Positions 48,745 through 57,562 of a stretch of 64,000 nt of DNA are shown piece after piece. The notes under the pieces were generated by a model. That model was not told the DNA's origin. It saw nothing but the letters and a program-made list of their open reading frames with translations, and ran no database searches. Positions within the stretch are counted from its first letter, which is position 1. Each line of letters starts with the position of its first letter. Made by a program: the position numbers and the translations under genes. The stretch is from a virus (lineage: Duplodnaviria > Caudoviricetes): the IMG/VR virus record IMGVR_UViG_3300025679_000005. One strand, 5' to 3'.

Positions 48745-49008
48745 GTGGAATTAAAATCCGTCGAAGACCGGGGAGATTCTAGGTACCGTCTTACCATCGA
48801 CGATATCGTGTTTGACGTGGTTTATACGTTGAATGGGGTGATTGAAGGGATTTCCGGATCCTCGGAGTTCTTCACCAAGCTGGACTCCGAGGACTTGGCT
48901 GAGGCCCCAAAGTCGAGTGGGAGACTACGTACCAGACCAACGGCACTCGCCATTGGCGGGGCATCCACGAGTGCTGCAAGGCTAAGGTCCTTCAACGGAA
49001 CTCTGTGA
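48745..49008 (+). CDS. Hypothetical protein
   Basis: Divergent GGTGTA motif 9 nt before GTG. Confidence 0.55.
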   Translation: MELKSVEDRGDSRYRLTIDDIVFDVVYTLNGVIEGISGSSEFFTKLDSEDLAEAPKSSGRLRTRPTALAIGGASTSAARLRSFNGTL

Positions 49009-49319
49009 AGCCGGTGAATGAGCTGGAAGAGATGGTCACAGAATTAGAAGTCCGGGTCAACGAGCAGAACTTAGTAATTCAGGCGTTTCAAGCCAAGGTA
49101 GCTAAGGCTGAGAGCATCCTCAAACTGGCCTTGGATTCGTACTACGAATCCGATTGGACCGACCTAGCCTACGATGTACTGGGTCAAAAGCGTCGGAAGT
49201 CAGTAGCCGAGATAGAGATCGAGAACGTTGCCTTGAAGGCTGAGGTCACACGCCTAAAAGGACTCGATGGCTTGCCTGATCTAGCCTACGTCCTCACCGA
49301 TGACGAGTGCACCCTCTGA
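49005..49319 (+). CDS. Coiled-coil hypothetical protein
   Basis: GTGA-coupled ORF. Confidence 0.55.
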   Translation: MKPVNELEEMVTELEVRVNEQNLVIQAFQAKVAKAESILKLALDSYYESDWTDLAYDVLGQKRRKSVAEIEIENVALKAEVTRLKGLDGLPDLAYVLTDDECTL

Positions 49320-50054
49320 GAGGTCCATCCCGCCGGCTGCAATGATTGCCCGCCTGGAGGGACGGAGGGCGTCATCAAAGGGCTTCTCTGGCTTGATCTT
49401 GGAAAAGCCAGCCAGCTCTCTCTGAAAAAATGACCCTGGTTCTTCGATGGTTCGGCCAGTTTCGCTCCGAATGTAATCAAGTGTCATCCTGTATTCATCA
49501 GGAAGTCTCTCAGAGAACCCCTGAAGCATCGCAGCTGCACTGGCCATGGTCATTCCACCACGGCGGCCGACACGGTAGCCCACACGACGGTCCTCAGTGG
49601 GTTCGTGTGTATCCCCGTGCATGAAGTCTCCGCCAAGGTGGAATTCACCCATAATTTGTTGCTCGTAAAGGGATCTAGGCTCAGCAGGCCTCTCTGGCAT
49701 GTACACAGTAGCCCAAGAATCCAGCCCTGGGTCTATGCCCACGTTTATCGTCCCTACAGAGGCCGCATCGGGGTCAGGCGGAGTCGTCGTCACCAAGCCA
49801 CTGGGAAACTGCCAGACAACCTGAGAAGTGTGCCTGAGGATGTCCTGAACAGCGTCGACACTGATCCGTCTCTCGTCGTGAACGAGGTAGGGCTCTATGC
49901 GGATCGGTACCTCGATAGCTCTCTGGATAGCCGTGTGTGCAGCGGTCCCTACTGCTAAATTGGCCCTGGCCCTGGCCTCGATCCCACTGAAGTCAGTGTT
50001 GAGAAAGATTGGGCGATCAGGGGGTGGCAACGAATCGCTTTCGGTAAGCCTCAC
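49281..50054 (-). CDS. Hypothetical protein
   Basis: 257-aa ORF. Confidence 0.55.
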   Translation of the reverse strand: MRLTESDSLPPPDRPIFLNTDFSGIEARARANLAVGTAAHTAIQRAIEVPIRIEPYLVHDERRISVDAVQDILRHTSQVVWQFPSGLVTTTPPDPDAASVGTINVGIDPGLDSWATVYMPERPAEPRSLYEQQIMGEFHLGGDFMHGDTHEPTEDRRVGYRVGRRGGMTMASAAAMLQGFSERLPDEYRMTLDYIRSETGRTIEEPGSFFQRELAGFSKIKPEKPFDDALRPSRRAIIAAGGMDLSEGALVIGEDVG

Positions 50055-50400
50055 CTAGGGCGACCCATTTGGGAAAGCGGCCCCTTGCTTGAAAGACGGA
50101 CAATTCGTCGAATTTGTACACGCCTTCGAAGCCGATGATGAAGGCACAGGCTTCAGCTTCTTCGCAGTTTAGGAGGTCTGCCGCCTCTGGGGGCGTTGGA
50201 TAGTAGTTGGCCGTTCGACCTGAGAGCATGCTTTCAACTGCCCCAAGGGGACAGCACGTGTGCCCCTTCTTTTTGAAGATAGCGCCGATGGCGTCCTGGA
50301 CCCCCATCTTCTGGACGTTGATTGCGTAAGTCACCGAATCCGCGATCTTGGAGGCCGCTCGGCGGTAGCGTTGTTCAGGGGTCTCAATTGTCATGTTCAT
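50017..50400 (-). CDS. Hypothetical protein, paralog of 53650-53967
   Basis: CCPLGAV...EAEACAFIIGFEG...LGEAYRKRF. Confidence 0.7.
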   Translation of the reverse strand: MNMTIETPEQRYRRAASKIADSVTYAINVQKMGVQDAIGAIFKKKGHTCCPLGAVESMLSGRTANYYPTPPEAADLLNCEEAEACAFIIGFEGVYKFDELSVFQARGRFPKWVALGEAYRKRFVATP

Positions 50401-50825
50401 TGTCCAGGGTTAGAGGCCACTGGCTTCGACTTGTAGGGGTTTGCGATACCGGACGTGTCTTCCTCTAGTTCGATGTGATCAGGCGTCACAGCGTGGCTAG
50501 TGGGGGTAACCACTGGTTTTACACCAGCGACAGGTCGTTGCTGAACCACCACCGGCTTGACGCCCGCGTCAAGGAGAGTCTCGACGGCTACGACCTTAGG
50601 GGCGTCATTGACTTGAGCCGCCTGCCAGCGCTTCACCACTGCCATCGCCTCGGCATCAACCGTCGGTACCGGCATTACAATGACAGTGGACGAGGCCGTT
50701 GGCGCCGTTACGGCTACAGGTTTCGGCTGGCTAGAGCTGCCGAACATGTAGCCACCCACGAAAATGGCGATGGCGAACACGAAGGTGAGAACGATATAGG
50801 GGGCGTCTTGGCGAGTCATGATCAA
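50397..50825 (-). CDS. Membrane-anchored Pro/Thr/Val-rich protein (target of a self spacer)
   Basis: N-terminal TM helix IVLTFVFAIAIFVGG; low-complexity stalk. Confidence 0.7.
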   Translation of the reverse strand: MIMTRQDAPYIVLTFVFAIAIFVGGYMFGSSSQPKPVAVTAPTASSTVIVMPVPTVDAEAMAVVKRWQAAQVNDAPKVVAVETLLDAGVKPVVVQQRPVAGVKPVVTPTSHAVTPDHIELEEDTSGIANPYKSKPVASNPGQ

Positions 50826-50874
50826 TAGAACGGATCCATAACCCAGAAGTTAAGGGCTACCTGGTTTCCGGCCC

Positions 50875-51351
50875 GTGACCACTTGAAAGGGTTTCGTCTC
50901 CCTCTCTGACCTCAGCGCCCTCCCACGAGTCACGTTCCGCGTGGAGTGACCACTTGAAAGGGTTTCGTCTCCCTCTCTGACCAAAGCTAAGTCCACCAAG
51001 GACCCCAAGAACATGTTCGTGACCACTTGAAAGGGTTTCGTCTCCCTCTCTGACGAGCGAATGCGTCCCCCTGCCTCTCGTGAGCAATTCACGTGACCAC
51101 TTGAAAGGGTTTCGTCTCCCTCTCTGACTCTCTTAGGGATTTGATCCCTGATTCGCGATTTTGCGTGACCACTTGAAAGGGTTTCGTCTCCCTCTCTGAC
51201 CTCGGCATCAACCGTCGGTACCGGCATTACAATGACAGTAGTGACCACTTGAAAGGGTTTCGTCTCCCTCTCTGACACCAAGGTTTCGGTTCTCAGCTAC
51301 CCACCTGGAGCCCTCGTGACCACTTGAAAGGGTTTCGTCTCCCTCTCTGAC
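50875..51351 (-). CRISPR. Orphan CRISPR array 4, 7 repeats and 6 spacers
   Basis: Repeat GTCAGAGAGGGAGACGAAACCCTTTCAAGTGGTCAC (minus); spacers 35-40 nt; GAGAGGG/CCCUUUC stem (G-U wobble) and promoter at 51467 favour minus orientation; no adjacent cas. Confidence 0.95.
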
Positions 51352-51460
51352 GCGGTCCGTCAGGTTAGCGGCAATGAGGGTGTGGGAGGCTACGTAGTAT
51401 ACAGCCCCGTTGGTGGCTTTGACTTCGAAGGCTCTGAGGGCGGGGACGGTCGGCATGGTC

Positions 51461-52267
51461 TCAGTCTACACCAAAAACCTGGTAGTTCAGGTAGAACCCC
51501 TCGTAGGTGTAGAACTTCAGCAACCGCTCGACACGGATCGTCCGGTCATTGTCCGTGAGTACGTAGCAATCGTCTTCGTGGACTGCCACGATGACTACGG
51601 CACTGCTCCGACGCCTGTCCTTGGTCCGCCAGCGCTGGCCCTTCGCTGGCCCTGGGATCTGACCGCCAATAGGAGCGGATATGAAAATGATCTCGGGATC
51701 ACAATCGACTTTTGGTTCAGGCGGCTTGGGGTCCGGAACGATCCTTGATCCCGAGGTCGGTTCAGATCCCCCAGCACTCTTAGGGTATGCCTCATGGTAC
51801 AGTTCACCTAGGCCGATCGTCAAACGATCCATCAGGTGAGAAGCTTTGAGTTTCGCGCTATCTACGAGGATTTGCAGTATCGCGCTATCTACGAGGATTT
51901 GCAGTATCATACGTGCTCCAACGGTCAATTTCTGATGGGTCTTAAGGGTCGGCCAACGTCTTTCGACGCAGTACCGGCAGAGGCAGCAGCTGCCGTCGCA
52001 TTCGACCTTCCCACAAGTCTCACAGGGGTCAGGCGGGATCGGACAGTCTTCGCAAAAGACAATGCAGCCAGCCAATGTCGAGGCTGTTCTTGATGCCCAA
52101 GCATTCGGGACAGGATTCGTTTTCGTTGTCGAAGGTGTATAGGCCGCCGTCACAGCGATAAACGCCGTCTGGGAGGGGCACAGGCTCGGTGTAACCCCAT
52201 CCGACGTAGTGAGCAGCCCCAGTGCACCGAAGGGTAACGTAGGGCTGGGAGCTGTAGTCACAGCCAT
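51461..52267 (-). CDS. Hypothetical protein (frame and start uncertain)
   Basis: ORF track; overlapped by an alternative ORF 52029-52289; contains a 27-nt tandem duplication. Confidence 0.45.
   Translation of the reverse strand: MAVTTAPSPTLPFGALGLLTTSDGVTPSLCPSQTAFIAVTAAYTPSTTKTNPVPNAWASRTASTLAGCIVFCEDCPIPPDPCETCGKVECDGSCCLCRYCVERRWPTLKTHQKLTVGARMILQILVDSAILQILVDSAKLKASHLMDRLTIGLGELYHEAYPKSAGGSEPTSGSRIVPDPKPPEPKVDCDPEIIFISAPIGGQIPGPAKGQRWRTKDRRRSSAVVIVAVHEDDCYVLTDNDRTIRVERLLKFYTYEGFYLNYQVFGVD
51854..51907. repeat. 27-nt tandem duplication
   Basis: CGCGCTATCTACGAGGATTTGCAGTAT x2, in frame. Confidence 0.9.
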
Positions 52268-52290
52268 GAACGGGGTCGAGTTCGGCCATG

Positions 52291-52530
52291 TCAGTTCATG
52301 CTCTCTGGAGTGAGGATCTCAGTGACGTAGGAAGTAACCGTGCATTCGGCTCCGAACCATATGATGAGAACGGGCATACCCACCCTAATCTCCGTCAAGG
52401 ATTCGTAGGTCTTCCAGATGCCATCAGACCCTGTCCTAGATGTAGGTTCCAGGGCGCCGTGAAGCCGGCGAACACACTTACCCCCGGGGTCCACTTCGTA
52501 GGCTGACCCAGACTCAGTTTTGAAAACCAT
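52291..52530 (-). CDS. Hypothetical protein
   Basis: FKTESGSAYEVD...TSYVTEI. Confidence 0.6.
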   Translation of the reverse strand: MVFKTESGSAYEVDPGGKCVRRLHGALEPTSRTGSDGIWKTYESLTEIRVGMPVLIIWFGAECTVTSYVTEILTPESMN

Positions 52531-52671
52531 TAGACGATGGGCTCCGATAGATAATCCAAACGAGACTTTGACTCAAACGTATACCAAGTTGGAGGGATTG
52601 CGTCGAAGCCCCTCAGGGCTCAGGATACTGGGTGGGGTCGATGACAGTGCCAGTAGAAGTGTTGATGAACA

Positions 52672-53079
52672 TCAGAGCTGGCTAGGTTTCATGACCACAT
52701 CTACACCCTTGATGTTACTGGGCATTGCCTTGGCGGCAGAGAGCAGACCTTCTGTCGGCTTTCCCATAACTTTGATGAGGACGTAGTAACTACCAGCTTC
52801 GTTTCTCTCAATGAGGACCGGGCCCCAAATTGAGGGTTCCCACAACTTTACAACCTCGATCTTGGCATCGTTCGCTTGCTGCCAAGAAGCCGGTTGGCCC
52901 TGGGCCATGAACTTCTCGAACTTCTCGATATCGAAGAAGAACTTGGGCCATCGGAGGATGTACTTCCAGGAGACATTAGACTTCTGGAAGGCTAGGACGA
53001 GAACGCCTAGGAGGTATCCGGCAATCACCAGGTACAGGGCGTGGTGCCAAAGAGCTGTGTACAGAGGGGAAGAGTGCAT
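52672..53079 (-). CDS. Hypothetical membrane protein
   Basis: TM segment LYLVIAGYLLGVLVLAF. Confidence 0.55.
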   Translation of the reverse strand: MHSSPLYTALWHHALYLVIAGYLLGVLVLAFQKSNVSWKYILRWPKFFFDIEKFEKFMAQGQPASWQQANDAKIEVVKLWEPSIWGPVLIERNEAGSYYVLIKVMGKPTEGLLSAAKAMPSNIKGVDVVMKPSQL

Positions 53080-53083
53080 GGGT

Positions 53084-53359
53084 CTAGAAGGATACCGCAG
53101 TGAGGGCCGCTACCACCTTATTCAGGAAATACCGGAACACTGCCGGCTGAATGGCTGGATGTGGGGCGCTTCGACCGCCGATCCAACGTTCGAAGCTGGG
53201 GCGGGACAAGCAGAAGTACTCGCACACTTCTGCCACGTCGAGACCTAGGAGGATGATGGACCTGGGGACCAACGCCTCGAAACGACCTTCACAGGCGTCG
53301 TCCTCCTCAAGGGCCGAGGCCAAGTCGTCCTTGAGCTTGGTCAGTGCTTCACGGTTCAT
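53084..53359 (-). CDS. Possible HTH DNA-binding protein
   Basis: LDVAEVCEYFCLSRPSFERWIGGRSAP. Confidence 0.6.
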   Translation of the reverse strand: MNREALTKLKDDLASALEEDDACEGRFEALVPRSIILLGLDVAEVCEYFCLSRPSFERWIGGRSAPHPAIQPAVFRYFLNKVVAALTAVSF

Positions 53360-53392
53360 GGTCGATCCTGTTCTGGAATTCTGGGCTGATCA

Positions 53393-53653
53393 TTAGTTCT
53401 GAACGACCTTGCTGATGTCCACCACGAACGGATGGGACACTCGACGGCCATCCCTGTATTCGGTCACGATTACCGGTAAGAACCCCTGTGTCCATTTCTT
53501 CTGGAAGACTAACTGTGAGACACAGAAGTTGGCAGCCTCTTGAGGTGAAGCAATACCCCCCAGCTCTTCTTTCGGGACCCTAATGGATACAGGATCACCA
53601 CTTTGAGAATCCTTCATGGTGATCTCTACGTTATCTATGCCTGGTGTGTTCAC
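53393..53653 (-). CDS. Hypothetical protein
   Basis: GTGA-coupled ORF. Confidence 0.55.
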   Translation of the reverse strand: MNTPGIDNVEITMKDSQSGDPVSIRVPKEELGGIASPQEAANFCVSQLVFQKKWTQGFLPVIVTEYRDGRRVSHPFVVDISKVVQN

Positions 53654-53967
53654 GGGAAGCGCTTTCGGTATGCCAGGCCTAGACGATAATAGGCGGACAA
53701 GCCTCGTATATTGAATGTGACGGGTTTGCCGTCAAAGCCTAAGATGAACGCATCCGCCTCGTGCCAGCTCATCAAGCCTCTGACCTCAACGGCAAGGGGT
53801 GTGGGGCGAAAGGAGGCTACGGCACAGCCTAATGGGCAATGACATCCAGAGTCCTTGGCGCTGACTTGAACTCCCTTGAAGAGGCCAAGAGTGGTCTTGT
53901 CAGCGATCTTTGAGGCAATCTTGCGAAAGCGCTCGTTCTTTGGCCAGGCCATCACATACTGAGACAT
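53650..53967 (-). CDS. Hypothetical protein, paralog of 50017-50400
   Basis: HCPLGCAV...EADAFILGFDG...LGLAYRKRF; promoter motif 9 nt before ATG. Confidence 0.7.
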   Translation of the reverse strand: MSQYVMAWPKNERFRKIASKIADKTTLGLFKGVQVSAKDSGCHCPLGCAVASFRPTPLAVEVRGLMSWHEADAFILGFDGKPVTFNIRGLSAYYRLGLAYRKRFP

Positions 53968-53986
53968 GGTCGATCCTACACCGAAA

Positions 53987-54232
53987 CTAGATCGTCACGA
54001 GGCGGGCCAGCAGCTGCATCCACGTTGGGTAGCCGGATCGGTTACGCCCGTCTCCGTACACAGCCCAGGTCATCTCGTCAAGTAGGGTCTTGCCCAGGAT
54101 CAGACGAAGCAGGAACAGCTTCAGTACCTTGAAGCGTATCTCGCCAGGGTCCCGTCGAAGCCGGTTAGCTTCGCTGATGGGAATGGCTACTTTGGGCTCG
54201 TCCCAGTTAGGGTCAATGCTCATGTGAACCAC
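53987..54232 (-). CDS. Hypothetical protein
   Basis: ORF in coupled minus-strand run. Confidence 0.5.
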   Translation of the reverse strand: MVHMSIDPNWDEPKVAIPISEANRLRRDPGEIRFKVLKLFLLRLILGKTLLDEMTWAVYGDGRNRSGYPTWMQLLARLVTI

Positions 54233-54465
54233 TCCCGTAGACGCTGTCCGATGTCAGTCATCTCACTGAGGACGTTGCTGACCACAGAGACCACAATATT
54301 GTAAGCGGCCCCTACCGGCCAGAACACTGTGACCACGAAAACAGCGAAGTTGTCGAGGCCGTCACTGACATCGGGCATCATACAGAAAGAGGGCTGTACG
54401 AACCCTATGACAATGGGAGTGATCACAAGCCCGATCACATAGAGGATTACCAGGAAGATTATCAT
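54220..54465 (-). CDS. Small membrane protein
   Basis: Two hydrophobic segments. Confidence 0.6.
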   Translation of the reverse strand: MIIFLVILYVIGLVITPIVIGFVQPSFCMMPDVSDGLDNFAVFVVTVFWPVGAAYNIVVSVVSNVLSEMTDIGQRLREWFT

Positions 54466-54797
54466 GGGTCGACTTTCTTCGCGAACTTCTCAGTCAGATC
54501 AAAGCTGAGGAGCCGGCCAGTGTCATCATCAAAGCAACCAACGATGTAGCCCCAGCCGTCCTCACGAATGCCAACAATGCCATTGACAACGCCTAATAGC
54601 CCTAGCTCGTAGTGCCCGCTGGGAGTTGGAATCACCTGAGCTGTAGGGTGATTAGTCAAATCCTCATTGACGACGACACGAGACTCCACTAACGTGTGCA
54701 TAGCCTCGGGGTCAGCGGCTACCAGCTCGTTCAGATAGGCAATCACATCGACTGCCAATGCCTTCTTCTCGTCTTCAGTGCGGGTCATGTGCTTCAT
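54462..54797 (-). CDS. Hypothetical protein
   Basis: ATGA-coupled ORF. Confidence 0.65.
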   Translation of the reverse strand: MKHMTRTEDEKKALAVDVIAYLNELVAADPEAMHTLVESRVVVNEDLTNHPTAQVIPTPSGHYELGLLGVVNGIVGIREDGWGYIVGCFDDDTGRLLSFDLTEKFAKKVDP

Positions 54798-55372
54798 GAT
54801 GCCTGCTCGTTCTTGTCTTCCGAGGAAGAGCCCACGTTGTCATTCTTGAGTATCCGCCCCTTGTGGCAGTAGTCTGCACTGTAGTCCTCGGAGCGAGTGG
54901 CAGCGTTGATGAGCATTTCTCCGATGGCTTTCATCGATTCACGATCTGTGAGTAGTTTGAAGCTAGTTTGGAGATTACCGAAGCTAGCAGACGTTACCAG
55001 GATCGTCGGGCCAAAGCCGTCGTCAATCACTGAGAACGTCGCGCCGCTGTTTCCTACGTGACAGTACACTTCGCCTATTTTCTTCACGGTACTTTCCTCT
55101 TTGGTCATATGAGACCTTGATCTCGACACATCTTCCGATAGGCAATAGAAGGCTTCGCACTTGGCTCGCAGCTCTCTGCCAACCGCCACCAAACCCCATA
55201 GGCCTCTGTCCGCTATGACTGCGAAGATGTACCAAACTACCAACGCTGGCCAAAACAGCGTCTTCACGGACAAGCCAAAGGTATCCGGAACGTTCTCAGG
55301 CGGGACCAAGATCCCATACGCTATCGGAAAACAGACAAGGCCTAGCCCGTAGAGGAACCCTAGAAGGAGCAT
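54794..55372 (-). CDS. Hypothetical membrane protein
   Basis: GGTG-TAAGAT 11 nt before ATG 55372; TM segments similar to the 54220 gene. Confidence 0.55.
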   Translation of the reverse strand: MLLLGFLYGLGLVCFPIAYGILVPPENVPDTFGLSVKTLFWPALVVWYIFAVIADRGLWGLVAVGRELRAKCEAFYCLSEDVSRSRSHMTKEESTVKKIGEVYCHVGNSGATFSVIDDGFGPTILVTSASFGNLQTSFKLLTDRESMKAIGEMLINAATRSEDYSADYCHKGRILKNDNVGSSSEDKNEQAS

Positions 55373-55382
55373 AGCCCCGATC

Positions 55383-56651
55383 TTACACCGATCGACGACA
55401 GAATACGTCCACATGCTTGGCGGCTGTGATCGCCCAGCTGTTTTCGTCGATGTAGACATTCTGGAGGTCGACTTGCTTCTTCGCTTCCACTCGGTCAAAG
55501 AGCTTGGCTATCTCGATTGCCATCGCCTCTGGGCCATCGGCTTTGACTGTAGGCAGGTCCGAGAAGTGATTGACAGTCGAGGTCACTACAGGGATCTCAC
55601 GACTCATAGCCAGCCTCGCTGCCCCGCTAGCACCAAAGACCTCGTGCTCTGGATGCGAGATATACGGGAACAAGGCCACTCTGTTGATTCGCAGGAAGGT
55701 GTCAATAACCGTATCGGTCTGAAATCCTCGGATTAAACCCACATGGTTCTCAATCCCAAGCTCCTCAATGAGAGCTATCAGCTCAGCGTAGTACCGATGG
55801 TGCTCAAGCTTGTTCTGAGGACTCTCCGAGAACAACCCTGTGAAGAACACATCGGGGTAGGTCTGCTTCAAAATTGAAACGGTTCTCAAAGCCGCCTCCC
55901 AATTTTTGTAGCGGAAACCGAATCCTTGCATGAGGATCGTATGCTCTGAGCCGTAGCGATTCCAATACTTGGTTCCAGAGCGGGCGTAGCAGCCATGGGG
56001 GATCATGTGGACTTTGCCTAGTACGCCTTTAGTCTCTTTGAGGCACTGTCGTGCCCCTTCAAGATGCACGATCATCTCAGGACCCACTTCGCACAGGGTT
56101 TTATCCTTGTGGTGCGGGAATACGCTATGATGTGAGCTGATGACTCTGTACCCAGATAGCTGAGTCATCATTGAAAGCCAATGCCTTGCGTTGGGCCAAA
56201 GCCCGAATTCGTGTTGAATCCACACAATGTCTGGGGCGTAGGCCTTAATTGCCCTCACAAGCTCGTCTGTAGGCTTCCCGCGCTTCCAACAGGTGACTAC
56301 CTGGTGAGGTTCCAGGGTCGTGTCCCCTAGCTGTAGGGGGTTTCCTGTGGGCTCGGCGTTCTCTTCAGCGAAGATACGAACGTCCCCTACCAGCTTGGCC
56401 ACTTCTGGCCAAAGGTTCTCGGAATAGGTAGAGATCCCACAAGGGCTCTTCCAGTTACCTACAAGTGCGATGCGAAGACTTTTGGGATCCTGGGTGTCGA
56501 CAATCGCCCCATCCCGTATCTTCAGGTCACTAAGTATTTCAGCGTAGGAGAGTGCGTCATCTTCAACCTTGAGCATTGTCATCCCCTCGTTGATGAACGG
56601 GGTGTCGGATACAACAGCTATCTTCCCGTCTGTCAGACCAATGTAGCGCAT
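55383..56651 (-). CDS. GT-B (GT4-like) glycosyltransferase
   Basis: SPCGISTYSENL, VWIQHEFG, GFGFRYKN, LFPY...ASGAARLAMSREIPVVTS. Confidence 0.85.
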   Translation of the reverse strand: MRYIGLTDGKIAVVSDTPFINEGMTMLKVEDDALSYAEILSDLKIRDGAIVDTQDPKSLRIALVGNWKSPCGISTYSENLWPEVAKLVGDVRIFAEENAEPTGNPLQLGDTTLEPHQVVTCWKRGKPTDELVRAIKAYAPDIVWIQHEFGLWPNARHWLSMMTQLSGYRVISSHHSVFPHHKDKTLCEVGPEMIVHLEGARQCLKETKGVLGKVHMIPHGCYARSGTKYWNRYGSEHTILMQGFGFRYKNWEAALRTVSILKQTYPDVFFTGLFSESPQNKLEHHRYYAELIALIEELGIENHVGLIRGFQTDTVIDTFLRINRVALFPYISHPEHEVFGASGAARLAMSREIPVVTSTVNHFSDLPTVKADGPEAMAIEIAKLFDRVEAKKQVDLQNVYIDENSWAITAAKHVDVFCRRSV

Positions 56652-57562
56652 GCTCTCTCGACCGCCGCTTTGAATTTTGTGAAATCTGAGTCCACAGGGT
56701 TGGCTCTCGCCGCATCCAATTGTACCAGCAAATCGTGCTTTGTCGCACCGTAGTAGGGGACTAGGCTAGAATTTGCTTTGAGCTTGTCGTGATGCCAGAC
56801 GGACACCACAGGTCGGTTAGCCAGATTGCTGAGAACGATACCGTGATACCTCTGTGTTACCACGTGCGAAAACTGTCCAAAGAAGTGGATTGCTTGGCCA
56901 AAGGAGCGTGCCTGATACGTGGAGACACTGACGGCGGGCTTCGCCACCACCATGTTGTGGATCTCGGCCGCAGCATGTAGGTCATTCGTGGATTCGTTAC
57001 GACACATAGCATACAAGGTAACCTGATAGCCTAAGTCATTTACAGCCAGGTCGAGGAATTGGCTAACTTCTGATTTGAAGAATTCCCAAGCCTTGTGCTT
57101 CCAGTGAGGATCATTGTGACTAGGCACCACATGAGCATTTGGCAAGAACAGAAGCTTCTTGGTCGGCGGAGGGCCGACGTTGGCCTTCAGCGCGTACACT
57201 AGGTCCGGACAGTGGATTAGCTTGGGGTGTGTGAACGTCGTGCCCTTCGTCCTAGTAGCCACCAGCAAAGCCTTACCCAGCATGTGTTGGTGATCGGGGT
57301 GGACTGCCGTCTCTGTGCCGACACCAAGATACAGCACAGGTAGGGGGCGGTATTGGGACCCTGCCTCGGATTCGATGGCCCCGTCCAAAAGGGAGCCGCC
57401 CCCAACGAACAGCACATCTGCATTCGCCGCCTGCTCGACAGTGATGTAGTCCGTGAACGTGAACTGGTACTGGGGGAACAAGACCTGAAAAGCTGTCTCA
57501 AATAAGTCATCCCCAATATTGGACTTTCCAACGAATCCGAATACAAGAACCCTGAGTGTCAT
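56633..57562 (-). CDS. Polysaccharide pyruvyltransferase-like protein
   Basis: NIGDDL, FVGGGSLL, PDLVYAL, VVTQRYHGIVLS. Confidence 0.85.
   Translation of the reverse strand: MTLRVLVFGFVGKSNIGDDLFETAFQVLFPQYQFTFTDYITVEQAANADVLFVGGGSLLDGAIESEAGSQYRPLPVLYLGVGTETAVHPDHQHMLGKALLVATRTKGTTFTHPKLIHCPDLVYALKANVGPPPTKKLLFLPNAHVVPSHNDPHWKHKAWEFFKSEVSQFLDLAVNDLGYQVTLYAMCRNESTNDLHAAAEIHNMVVAKPAVSVSTYQARSFGQAIHFFGQFSHVVTQRYHGIVLSNLANRPVVSVWHHDKLKANSSLVPYYGATKHDLLVQLDAARANPVDSDFTKFKAAVERACATLV

Noticed and set aside
49281-50054. FLNTDFSGIEAR resembles family A DNA polymerase motif A
   Set aside because: No motifs B or C and the protein is too short; at most a relic
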